Source of the DNA: Longimicrobiales bacterium | GTDB lineage: Bacteria; Gemmatimonadota; Gemmatimonadetes; Longimicrobiales; Gaopeijiaceae | Reading direction: 5' to 3' | Assembly (NCBI GenBank): GCA_965202805.1 | Contig: OZ241869.1 | Location: 2,240,001 to 2,304,000 of the forward strand | Length of the DNA: 64,000 nt | Shown: piece by piece, positions 9,299-20,248 of the stretch | How the letters are laid out: every line of letters begins with the position of its first letter | Numbering within the stretch: the stretch's first letter is position 1 | Made by a program: the position numbers and the translations under genes | The notes under the pieces: generated by a model | What the model was told of the DNA's origin: nothing | Databases searched by the model: none | The model's input: the letters and a program-made list of their open reading frames with translations, nothing else

Positions 9299-11389
9299 AT
9301 GGCGGAAGGGAAGGAGTATCTGACGGAGGATATTCGCAACGTGGCCATACTCGGTCACGGGGGCTCCGGCAAGACCATGCTCGTGGACGCCCTCGCATTC
9401 GTGGGAGGGACGGCACGGCGCAAGGGCAATGTGGCGGAGGGACACGCCCTCACGATGACCGCGCCCGAGGAGATCCAGCACGGGATCTCGATGCAGCTCA
9501 CTCCGGCCTTCAGCGAGTGGAAGGGGACGAAGATCAACCTGATCGATACGCCCGGATACCTGGACTTCACCGGGGAGGCCCTGGCGGCGGTGCGGGTGGC
9601 GGACGCGGCCGTCATCGTGGTGAGCGCGACCTCGGGCGTCGAGGTCGGGACCGAACGGGTGTGGCGCTACTGCGAGGAGCGCGGCATTCCCTGCATCTTC
9701 TTCGTCTCGATGATGGACAAGGAGCACGCCGACTTCCGCAAGGTATTCGAGGACATCAAGGAGACCCTCGCCGACAGCGCATTGCCGGTCGAGATACCGG
9801 TGGGCGAGGGGCCCGGCTTCCGCGGGATCATCAACCTGTTCAGCGGACGCACCCACATGTATCGGGAAGGCTCCGTCACGGGCGAATACGACGAAGCCGA
9901 CATCCCCTCCGACCTGGAGGACATCTTCGAGGAGTGGACCACCGAGCTGCAGGAAACCCTCGCGACCACCGACGAGGAGCTCCTGGACCGTTATCTGGAG
10001 GGCGAGGAGATCACGCGTGAGGAAGCCCTCGAGGCCATGGCCATCGCGATGGGGCGGGGCGAGGTGGCACCCGTCTTCTGCGGGTCGTCGACGCGCGTCT
10101 ACGGGATCCGGGCGCTGCTGCGCAAGATGGTCGAGCTCTTCCCCGATCCCTCCGAGTCGGGCAGCCACTCCGCCTCCCGTCCGGGCCTGGACCAGGACGC
10201 GGAGCTGCAGGCGACCGACGACGGGTCGTTCGCGGCGCTGATCTTCAAGACCGCGACCGAGCCGCATGTGGGCGAGCTGTCGTATTTTCGCGTGTTCAGC
10301 GGGGTCGCGGTCAACGGAATGGATGCGCACAACGCCGACCGCAGCTCCAGCGAGAAGCTGAACCACGTGTCCATACCTCTGGGGCGCGAGCGCCTGGAGG
10401 TTCCCCGCCTGCACGCGGGCGACATCGGCGTGGTGGCCAAGCTCAAGAACACGAGCACCAACGACACCCTGTCCTCCTCCGCCCGGCCCCTCGTCCTCCG
10501 CAAGATCGACTTCCCGCAGCCGGACGTGTCGGTGGCGATGAGGGGGGCGACCCGCGCCGATGACGACAAGATCGGCGAGGCCCTGCAGAAGCTGCACGAC
10601 GAGGATCCGACCTTCCATGCCGCGTACAATCCCGAGCTGGGACAGACGATAGCGCGGGGACTCGGGGAGCTGCACCTGGACGTCCAGATGCAGCGCATGA
10701 AGCGCAAGTACAACGTCAGCGTCGAGACCGAGGAACCCAAAATCGCCTACCGGGAGACCATCACGCGCACCGCGCAGGGACGCGGGCGTTTCAAGAAGCA
10801 GACCGGCGGCCGTGGTCAGTTCGGCGACTGTTGGGTGCGCCTGTCGCCCCGTCCGCGCGGCGAAGGCTACGAGTTCGTGGACAGCATCAAGGGGGGCGTC
10901 ATCCCCGGGAAGTACGTCCCGTCGGTGAACAAGGGCATCCAGGAGGCCGCCGGAAGGGGGGTCCTCGCCGGCTTTGCGCTGGTGGATTTCGCGGCCGAGT
11001 GCTACGACGGCTCCTACCACTCGGTGGACTCCTCCGACATCGCGTTCAAGGTGGCCGGGTCGATGGCCTTCCGCGAGGTCGCGGCCAGGGCGGGACCGGT
11101 GCTGCTCGAACCGATCATCGAGGTAGAGGTGTCGACCCCGGACGAGTACATGGGCGACATCATGGGCGACATCACGCAGCGCCGCGGCAAGGTCCAGGGC
11201 ATGGTGCCCGGCAACGGAAACACGACCGTGCAGGCGCTCGTTCCCGAGGCCGAACTCTACAAGTACGCCACCGCGCTGCGATCCATGACCCAGGGACGCG
11301 CCCACCACACGCGTAACCTCGCCGGCTACGAGCCGATGCCGGCGCACGAGGCGCAACAGGTGATCGAGGCGCTCAAGGCGGAGGAGTAG
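9299..11389 (+). CDS. Elongation factor G-like protein (EF-G2 type paralogue)
   Basis: IRNVAILGHGGSGKT, DTPGYLDF, GLGELHL, KKQTGGRGQFG, DGSYHSVDSSDIAF; G2 and G4 motifs diverged; not next to rpsL/rpsG. Confidence 0.92.
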   Translation: MAEGKEYLTEDIRNVAILGHGGSGKTMLVDALAFVGGTARRKGNVAEGHALTMTAPEEIQHGISMQLTPAFSEWKGTKINLIDTPGYLDFTGEALAAVRVADAAVIVVSATSGVEVGTERVWRYCEERGIPCIFFVSMMDKEHADFRKVFEDIKETLADSALPVEIPVGEGPGFRGIINLFSGRTHMYREGSVTGEYDEADIPSDLEDIFEEWTTELQETLATTDEELLDRYLEGEEITREEALEAMAIAMGRGEVAPVFCGSSTRVYGIRALLRKMVELFPDPSESGSHSASRPGLDQDAELQATDDGSFAALIFKTATEPHVGELSYFRVFSGVAVNGMDAHNADRSSSEKLNHVSIPLGRERLEVPRLHAGDIGVVAKLKNTSTNDTLSSSARPLVLRKIDFPQPDVSVAMRGATRADDDKIGEALQKLHDEDPTFHAAYNPELGQTIARGLGELHLDVQMQRMKRKYNVSVETEEPKIAYRETITRTAQGRGRFKKQTGGRGQFGDCWVRLSPRPRGEGYEFVDSIKGGVIPGKYVPSVNKGIQEAAGRGVLAGFALVDFAAECYDGSYHSVDSSDIAFKVAGSMAFREVAARAGPVLLEPIIEVEVSTPDEYMGDIMGDITQRRGKVQGMVPGNGNTTVQALVPEAELYKYATALRSMTQGRAHHTRNLAGYEPMPAHEAQQVIEALKAEE

Positions 11390-11404
11390 CGCAGGAGGCA
11401 GCCC

Positions 11405-12154
11405 GTGGCCGGACACAGCAAGTGGGCCAAGATCAAGCGCAAAAAGGCCGTCAACGACGCCCGGCAGGGCCAGATCTTCACCAAGCTCATCCGCGAGCTG
11501 ACGGTGGCGGCGCGGGACGGAGGGGGCGATCCCGGCTTCAACCCGCGCCTGCGCCTGGCGGTGGACACCGCCAAGGCCGCAAACATGCCCCAGGAGAACA
11601 TCGAGCGGGCGATAAAAAAGGGGACCGGTGAACTCGCCGGCGTCAACTACGAGGAGGTGGCCTACGAGGGCTACGCGCCCGGCGGGATCGCGCTCTACAT
11701 AGAGACCCTGACCGACAACCCCAAGCGCACCGTGGCGGCGGTGAGGCACCTCCTCACCAAGAACGGGGGCAGCCTGGGGACGGCCGGGTCGGTGGCCTGG
11801 CAGTTCGACCGCAGGGGGCAGATCTACATCGAGGCGGCCGAGCATTCCGAGGAGGAGGTGCTCGAGGCGGCGCTCGAGGCGGGGGCGGAGGACGTGGCGC
11901 GTGAGGGCGGCGACATCATCGTCACGACGGAACTGGCCTCCTTTCACCAGGTCCAGGAGGACATGCGGCAGGCCGGAATCCGCATCGCTCAGGCGGAGCT
12001 GGCGATGATTCCGCAGAACGAAGTGGACGTCGCGGGCAGGACCGCGGAACGGCTGGTCCGCCTGGTGGAGGCGCTCGACGGGTCGGACGACGTTCAGAAG
12101 ATCTCGTCCAACGGCAACATCGACGAGGAAACCCTGGCCCGGCTGTCGGAATGA
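11405..12154 (+). CDS. yebC: YebC/PmpR family protein
   Basis: MAGHSKWAKIKRKK, YEGYAPGG, TDNPKRT; classic position before ruvC. Confidence 0.95.
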   Translation: MAGHSKWAKIKRKKAVNDARQGQIFTKLIRELTVAARDGGGDPGFNPRLRLAVDTAKAANMPQENIERAIKKGTGELAGVNYEEVAYEGYAPGGIALYIETLTDNPKRTVAAVRHLLTKNGGSLGTAGSVAWQFDRRGQIYIEAAEHSEEEVLEAALEAGAEDVAREGGDIIVTTELASFHQVQEDMRQAGIRIAQAELAMIPQNEVDVAGRTAERLVRLVEALDGSDDVQKISSNGNIDEETLARLSE

Positions 12155-12179
12155 CGGCCGGACGGCCGCGACGCGGGCG

Positions 12180-12680
12180 GTGAGGGCGCCGGGCGGGACG
12201 CTGATCGTGCTCGGGGTGGATCCGGGCACGGCGCGCACCGGCTACGGGGTGGTCGCCAGCCGGGAGCGCACGCTCTCGCTGCTCGAGTGCGGGGTGGTGC
12301 GCACCCGGCCCCGGCGCCCGCTCGCCGACCGCATCCGCCACATCTTCGAGGCGATTCAGTCGATCATGGAGCGCTTCGAGCCCTCCGTGCTCTCCGTCGA
12401 GAAGGTCTTCCAGGGGAGGAATCCGCAGAGCGCGCTGACCCTGGGCCACGCACGCGGCGCCATCCTGTTGGCGGGCGCGCTCGCCGAGGTCCAGATTGCC
12501 GAGTATTCGCCGGCCGCGATCAAGAACGCGGTCGTCGGCACCGGCCGGGCCACCAAGGAACAGGTGGGGTTCATGGTCAAGACACATCTGCGGCTGGCTT
12601 CCGCACCCTCGCCCGACGACGCGGCCGACGGAGTGGCGGTCGCGCTCTGCCACTGTCTGATCGGGAGCCTTCCCGGGTGA
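12180..12680 (+). CDS. ruvC: Holliday junction resolvase RuvC
   Basis: LGVDPG, VEKVF, LGHARG, GRATKEQV, DDAADGVAVALCH. Confidence 0.96.
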   Translation: MRAPGGTLIVLGVDPGTARTGYGVVASRERTLSLLECGVVRTRPRRPLADRIRHIFEAIQSIMERFEPSVLSVEKVFQGRNPQSALTLGHARGAILLAGALAEVQIAEYSPAAIKNAVVGTGRATKEQVGFMVKTHLRLASAPSPDDAADGVAVALCHCLIGSLPG

Positions 12681-13276
12681 TCAGCAGGCTGCACGGAGTT
12701 CTGATCGAGGGGGACGTGGACTCGGTCGAGGTCGAGACCCCGGGCGGCGTCGTGTACGAGGTTCACGTGCCGGCCACGGTGGCGGGGCGCCTGCCCCCTC
12801 CGGGCTCACAGGTGCGGCTGCGCACGGTCCAGGTCGTGCGCGACGACTCGGTCGCCCTGTACGGGTTCCTGGAGGCCCATGAGCGCGACATGTTCCAGCG
12901 CCTGCTGGGGGCGACCGGAGTCGGGGCCAAGCTGGCGCGCGAGATGCTGTCGACGTACTCGGTCCAGCGACTGGCGCAGGCCCTGGCCAACAAGGAGACG
13001 GCCGTCCTCACGCGGGTCAGCGGGGTCGGCAGGAAAAAGGCCGAGTTGCTCATCCTCAGGCTGAGCGACAAGGTGCGCGACCTGGCGCTGGCCCCCGATG
13101 GCGGCGCGGCGGCGCCTCACGGCACGCGCGAGGCGGTCAACGCCCTGATGGCTCTGGGGTATTCCTTCGCGCAGGCGGACGAAGCGGTGCGCGGCGTGCC
13201 GGACCGCGAGGGCGCGGGGGAGGAGATGAAGACCGAGGAACTGATCCGGAAGGCGCTGGAGCGCATCGGCCGATGA
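12677..13276 (+). CDS. ruvA: Holliday junction branch migration protein RuvA
   Basis: VISRLHG start (GTGA overlap with ruvC), [28 protein letters not shown]. Confidence 0.95.
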   Translation: MISRLHGVLIEGDVDSVEVETPGGVVYEVHVPATVAGRLPPPGSQVRLRTVQVVRDDSVALYGFLEAHERDMFQRLLGATGVGAKLAREMLSTYSVQRLAQALANKETAVLTRVSGVGRKKAELLILRLSDKVRDLALAPDGGAAAPHGTREAVNALMALGYSFAQADEAVRGVPDREGAGEEMKTEELIRKALERIGR

Positions 13277-14336
13277 CCGATCGCTACGATGTCACCACGC
13301 CCCGGGAGCTCTCCGGGGAGGGTGCCACCGAGCTCTCCCTCCGCCCGGGCAGCCTTGCGGAGTTCATCGGCCAGGGGAAGGTCCGGGAGACGCTCTCGAT
13401 CGCGATCGCGGCAGCTCGCAGGCGGGGCGACGCGCTCGACCACCTGCTATTCCATGGCCCCCCGGGGCTCGGCAAGACCACGCTGGCGATGCTGCTCGCC
13501 TCGGAGATGGGGGTCGGGGTCAAGATGACCTCCGGGCCCGTGCTGGAGAAACCCGGGGATCTGGTGAGCGTCCTTACCAACCTGAACGACCGGGACATCC
13601 TGTTCATCGACGAGATCCACCGCCTGCGGCCCATCGTGGAGGAATTCCTCTACCCCGCCATGGAGGATTTCCGGGTGGAGATCCGCATCGCCGACGGGCC
13701 TGCGGCGCGCACCGTGACCATGCAGATCGAGCGCTTCACCCTGGTGGGCGCCACGACCCGCTTCGGCCTGCTCACGGAACCCATGCGCGCGCGCTTCGGG
13801 ATGGTCGAGCGGCTCGACTTCTATCCGCCGGAGGAGCTGACCCGGGTGGTCCGGCGCAGCGCGGAGATCGTGGGGGTGGACACCACCGATGAGGGCGTCT
13901 TCGAGCTGGCGCGGCGGGCGCGGGGTACGCCCCGGGTGGCCAACCGGTTGCTGCGCCGGCTTCGCGACTACGCCGAGGTGCGCGCCGACGGCGTGATCAG
14001 CGGCGAAGTGGCGCGCGCGGGGCTTCGGCTGCTCGAGGTGGACGAGTACGGGATGGACCAGATGGACGCGCGCGTGCTGCGCACCATCATCGAGAAGTTC
14101 GGCGGCGGACCCGTGGGGCTCGCCTCCCTGGCCGTGGCTCTCAGCGAGGACGAAGGGACCCTGGAGGAGGTCTACGAGCCGTTTCTGATCCAGAACGGTT
14201 TTCTCGAGCGCACCCCGCGCGGTCGCAAGACCACGGAGCGCGCCCACCGGCGCTTCGGCCACCCGTCCGGCGCGCGGGAGGAGGGGCGTTCGGGTCCTGA
14301 CGCAGGCGGGCACGACCAGTCGTCGCTCTTCCGGCG

Positions 14337-14340
<4 letters not shown>
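13273..14340 (+). CDS. ruvB: Holliday junction DNA helicase RuvB
   Basis: [50 protein letters not shown]. Confidence 0.98.
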
Positions 14341-16569
<2,229 letters not shown>

Positions 16570-16617
16570 AACACCAACCACCGGCCCCGGGCCGGCGCAT
16601 CATCGGAGGAACGAATC

Positions 16618-16962
16618 TTGGAACTCTGGATCGCGATATCGGCCCAGCCGCTCCGGCTGTCGCCGCTGGCAGGGCTGCCCCAGGGAGGGGGAGGCTCGGG
16701 CTTCGTCTTCTTCTTTCAGCTGATCGCGATCATCGCGATCTTCTACTTTCTCCTGATCCGGCCCCAGCGCAAGGAGCAGAAGCGCCACCGCGAAATGGTG
16801 GCGGCGCTCAAGAAGGGGGACAGGGTGGTGACCGCGGGCGGGATCGTAGGCAAGGTGATTCACGCTCAGGAGCAACATCTCACCATCGTGACGGCGGAGA
16901 ACACCCGCCTCGTGATCGAGCGCTCCAAGATCGCCGCGCTCACCAACCCGCGGGACTCGTAG
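16618..16962 (+). CDS. yajC: Preprotein translocase subunit YajC
   Basis: FYFLLIRPQRK, LKKGDRVVTAGGIVG; follows tgt. Confidence 0.93.
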   Translation: MELWIAISAQPLRLSPLAGLPQGGGGSGFVFFFQLIAIIAIFYFLLIRPQRKEQKRHREMVAALKKGDRVVTAGGIVGKVIHAQEQHLTIVTAENTRLVIERSKIAALTNPRDS

Positions 16963-16973
16963 CCACGCCCGGA

Positions 16974-17492
16974 ATGGCACTGCGCAGGATCGAGCTGTAC
17001 GGCAGCAAGGTGTTGCGGCGTCCGGCGGACCCGGTCGACGAGATCGATGACGAGGTGCGCGCGCTGGTGCGCGACATGTTCGAGACCATGTACGATGCGA
17101 AGGGCATCGGGCTGGCCGCGCCGCAGGTCGGCATCTCCCGGCGGATCGTCGTGCTGGACGTGGAGGAGGAGTCCGGCGAGTCGAACCCGGTGGCGCTGGT
17201 GAACCCCCGGCTGGCGAGCCGGACGACGAAGAAGGACAAGCAGGCGGAGGGGTGCCTGAGCGTTCCCGGAGTGGAAGGCATCGTGCAACGGCCGGTATCG
17301 GTCGTGGTGGACGGCATGGACCCGGAAGGACGGAGCGTGCGACTCGAGGCGGAGGGGCTCTTCGCGCGCGCGCTGCAGCACGAGATCGACCACCTGGACG
17401 GCGTGCTCTTCATCGATCGGCTGAGCCCCCTCAAGCGGCAGCTGCTGCTCAAGAAGTGGAGGAAGCTGCAGGCCGAAGCCGCGGAGCCGTGA
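16974..17492 (+). CDS. def: Peptide deformylase
   Basis: GIGLAAPQVG, EGCLSVP, QHEIDHLDG. Confidence 0.97.
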   Translation: MALRRIELYGSKVLRRPADPVDEIDDEVRALVRDMFETMYDAKGIGLAAPQVGISRRIVVLDVEEESGESNPVALVNPRLASRTTKKDKQAEGCLSVPGVEGIVQRPVSVVVDGMDPEGRSVRLEAEGLFARALQHEIDHLDGVLFIDRLSPLKRQLLLKKWRKLQAEAAEP

Positions 17493-18436
17493 GGGTTCTC
17501 TTCTGGGGAACGGCGACCTTCGCCCTCCCCTCCCTCCGAGGCCTGGCCGATGCCGGTCACGAGATCGCGGGCGTGGTGACGCAACCCGACCGGGGCGCGG
17601 GCCGGGGGCGGCGGCCGCGGCCCACTCCCGTGAAGGAAGCCGCGCGCACCGCGGGATATCCGGTCTTCACCCCCGAGCGCCCGGGCCGCCCGGCCTTCCT
17701 GGGGCGCATGCGAGCCCTCCGGCCCGACCTCTCCGTGGTCGCCGCCTACGGCCACTTCCTGAGCCGGGAGGCGCTGGATCTTCCCGCCCTCGGGTCGATC
17801 AACGTGCACGCGTCCCTTCTCCCCGAACTCAGGGGCGCGGCCCCGGTTCACTGGGCCATCGCGCGTGGCCACGCGGCCACCGGGATCACGATCATGCGCA
17901 TGGTGGCGGCCATGGATGCGGGCCCCATCCTGCACCAGGAGAAGACCGGCATCCTCCCGGACGAGACCGCCGGCGAACTCTACGAGCGGCTGGCGCTGGT
18001 CGGCGGCCGCGGGCTGGTGCGGGCGCTGGAGATGATGGGCGAAGGAACCGTCGGGGAGCGTCCCCAGGACCACGCGCGGGCGACCTTCGCACCCCGTCTC
18101 TCCCGCCGGGACGCGCGGGTGGCGTGGGCTCGCCCTGCAGAGGAGGTGGCCCGCTGGATACGCGCCATGGACGCGGTGCCGGGAGCGTGGAGCGAGCTGG
18201 ACGGCAGCCCCCTCAAGCTCTTCCGCCCGCGCGTGCTCGAGGGCGGTGCGCGGGACGGATGCGAGCGGCGGGAGCCCGGCACCGTGACCGCGGCGGACCC
18301 CGGGCAGGGGTTCCGCGTCGCGACCGGCAAGGGCTCGATAGAGGTGGGCGAGGTGCAGCCTGCCGGCAGACGGCGCATGCCCGCCCGCGACTGGCTGCGA
18401 GGCAGGGCTGCCCGGCCGGGGCAGCGATTGCGATGA
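17489..18436 (+). CDS. fmt: Methionyl-tRNA formyltransferase
   Basis: VVTQPDR, VVAAYG, INVHASLLPELRGAAPV, MDAGPI; GTGA-coupled to def. Confidence 0.95.
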   Translation: MRVLFWGTATFALPSLRGLADAGHEIAGVVTQPDRGAGRGRRPRPTPVKEAARTAGYPVFTPERPGRPAFLGRMRALRPDLSVVAAYGHFLSREALDLPALGSINVHASLLPELRGAAPVHWAIARGHAATGITIMRMVAAMDAGPILHQEKTGILPDETAGELYERLALVGGRGLVRALEMMGEGTVGERPQDHARATFAPRLSRRDARVAWARPAEEVARWIRAMDAVPGAWSELDGSPLKLFRPRVLEGGARDGCERREPGTVTAADPGQGFRVATGKGSIEVGEVQPAGRRRMPARDWLRGRAARPGQRLR

Positions 18437-19053
18437 TTCCACGGCTGCACGTCGTCACCGACGACCGCATCCTGGCGCGGGCCGGTTTTGCGGCGGCGGC
18501 CCTCGAGGTGCTGGAGGCGGGCGGGCGGGGGATCGCCATGCATGTGCGCGGGCCGCGCACCTCCGGTCGCGCGCTGTATCGGGCCGCCGCCGCCCTGGTC
18601 CGCCCGGCGCGCCGAACCGGCGCCTGGCTGGTGGTCAACGATCGCGTGGACGTGGCCCTGGTGCTGGGCATCAACCGGGTTCACCTGGGCGGCCGGTCGA
18701 TGCCCGCGCGGGTCGCCCGCCGCCTTCTTGGACCGGATGCCCGTGTGGGTCGCTCGGTTCATTCGGCGGCCGAGGCCGGTGGGGATCACGGCCGGATCGA
18801 TTATCTTTTTGCGGGAGCGGTGTTCGCGACGCCGTCCCATGCGGGGATCGCACCGGGCGGACTCGGGGTGGTGCGGGCTGTCGCGGCTGTGAGCCCCGCA
18901 CCCGTGGTCGGCATCGGCGGCATCAACTCGGGACGGGCGGCCGAGGTGCTCTCGGCCGGCGCCCGCGGGGTGGCCGTGATCCGCGCCGTGTGGGACGCGC
19001 CATCGCCCGGGGAAGGCGTGAGGTGTTTTCTGGACTCGTGGCCCGAGGAGTGA
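18433..19053 (+). CDS. Thiamine-phosphate synthase/TenI family protein
   Basis: LHVVTDD, VNDRVDVAL, VGRSVHS, GIGGI, GVAVIRAV; adjacent to thiS and thiG. Confidence 0.85.
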   Translation: MIPRLHVVTDDRILARAGFAAAALEVLEAGGRGIAMHVRGPRTSGRALYRAAAALVRPARRTGAWLVVNDRVDVALVLGINRVHLGGRSMPARVARRLLGPDARVGRSVHSAAEAGGDHGRIDYLFAGAVFATPSHAGIAPGGLGVVRAVAAVSPAPVVGIGGINSGRAAEVLSAGARGVAVIRAVWDAPSPGEGVRCFLDSWPEE

Positions 19054-19064
19054 CGACCGCCGGT

Positions 19065-19277
19065 ATGGACGGCAAGGTGACGATCCGCCTGAACGGAAAG
19101 GAGCGCGAGGTGGCCGCAGACATCACGGTGTCCGGCCTCCTGGACGAGCTGGGGCTGGTGCCCGGGATGGTGGTCGTCGAACGCAACCGGGAGATTCTCG
19201 CCCGCGACCGCTATCCCATGGTGCACCTGAGCGAGGGCGACCGGCTGGAACTGGTTCACTTCGTGGGCGGCGGATGA
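19065..19277 (+). CDS. thiS: Sulfur carrier protein ThiS
   Basis: IRLNG...VVVERNREI...GDRLELVHFVGGG, ending in C-terminal GG. Confidence 0.93.
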   Translation: MDGKVTIRLNGKEREVAADITVSGLLDELGLVPGMVVVERNREILARDRYPMVHLSEGDRLELVHFVGGG

Positions 19278-19375
19278 CGGGCGACCGGGCAGTCGGCGTC
19301 AACCTGGCGCGGGCGCTGGCGGAACCCGTCGCGAGCCGCGGGGAGCGGAGTCGGGCGCCCGTCACCACCGCCGGG

Positions 19376-19420
19376 ACCAATAAACCAGTAGATACCAGTA
19401 GATGTCATCATATACCAGTA
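19376..19420. repeat. AT-rich array of ACCAGTA direct repeats at 10/20-bp spacing
   Basis: ACCAGTA at 19384, 19394 and 19414, plus ACCAATA at 19376, in an otherwise GC-rich intergenic region. Confidence 0.75.
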
Positions 19421-19446
19421 ACAGCGGCCGGAGCGAAGAGGCTGTG

Positions 19447-20232
19447 ATGTCGACACATGCGAGCGCCGACACCCCGTTCGTGGTCGGGGGCAGGGAGTTC
19501 GACTCCCGCCTGATCGTGGGGACCGGCAAGTATCCCGACAACGAAACCATGGTGCGGGCGATCCGGGCCAGCGGCACGGACATGGTGACGGTGGCCGTGC
19601 GGCGGGTGGACCTCGACCGCACGCGCGAGGAGGGCATCCTCCACCATCTCGACCCCCGGGAGTTCTTCCTGCTCGCCAACACGGCGGGCTGCTACACGGC
19701 CGACGACGCGATCCGCTACGCAAGGCTGGCGCGCGCCGCGGGATTCAACGACTGGCTGAAGCTCGAGGTGATCGGCGACGAGACCACCCTGCTCCCGGAC
19801 ACCCACGCGACCCTCCAGGCCGCCCGGGTGCTGGTGGCGGAGGGGTTCAAGGTGATGGCCTACACCAACGAGGACCTCATTACCGCCCTTCGTCTGGAGG
19901 ACGCGGGCTGCGTGGCGGTGATGCCCCTGGCCAGCCCCATCGGCAGCGGGCTCGGGCTGCTTAACCCGTACTACGTGCGTGCGATCAAGGAGCGCTGCGA
20001 CGTCCCCATCGTCGTGGACGCGGGGGTGGGCACCGCCTCCGACGCCTGCCTGACCATGGAGCAGGGGGTCGACGGGGTGCTCATGAACACCGCCATCGCG
20101 GCGGCGCGCGATCCCGTGCGCATGGCGGCCGCGATGCGGGAGGCGGTGGTCGCCGGGCGGCTCGCCTACCTGGCGGGCCGCATGCCGACGCGCGAGGTGG
20201 CGGTCCCCTCCTCCCCGCCGCTGCCGGAGTAG
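19447..20232 (+). CDS. thiG: Thiazole synthase ThiG
   Basis: SRLIVGTGKY, TVAVRRV, NTAGC, LKLEVIGD, MPLASPIGSG, DAGVGTASD. Confidence 0.96.
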   Translation: MSTHASADTPFVVGGREFDSRLIVGTGKYPDNETMVRAIRASGTDMVTVAVRRVDLDRTREEGILHHLDPREFFLLANTAGCYTADDAIRYARLARAAGFNDWLKLEVIGDETTLLPDTHATLQAARVLVAEGFKVMAYTNEDLITALRLEDAGCVAVMPLASPIGSGLGLLNPYYVRAIKERCDVPIVVDAGVGTASDACLTMEQGVDGVLMNTAIAAARDPVRMAAAMREAVVAGRLAYLAGRMPTREVAVPSSPPLPE

Positions 20233-20248
20233 CACGCGCGGGCGGCGA

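Noticed and set aside
9287..12238. 983-aa minus-strand ORF, and similar long antisense ORFs such as 30463..33348 and 33486..36317
   Set aside because: Shadow frames of well-supported + strand genes; long stop-free antisense frames are expected at this GC content and they show no protein motifs.
19376..19423. CRISPR array
   Set aside because: Repeat units are 7-10 bp with no unique spacers, and there are no cas genes in the window.
19278..19446. TPP riboswitch in the thiS-thiG spacer
   Set aside because: AACCTG and ACCCGT fragments occur, but the CTGAGA motif and the TAAT loop are missing and the order does not fit.
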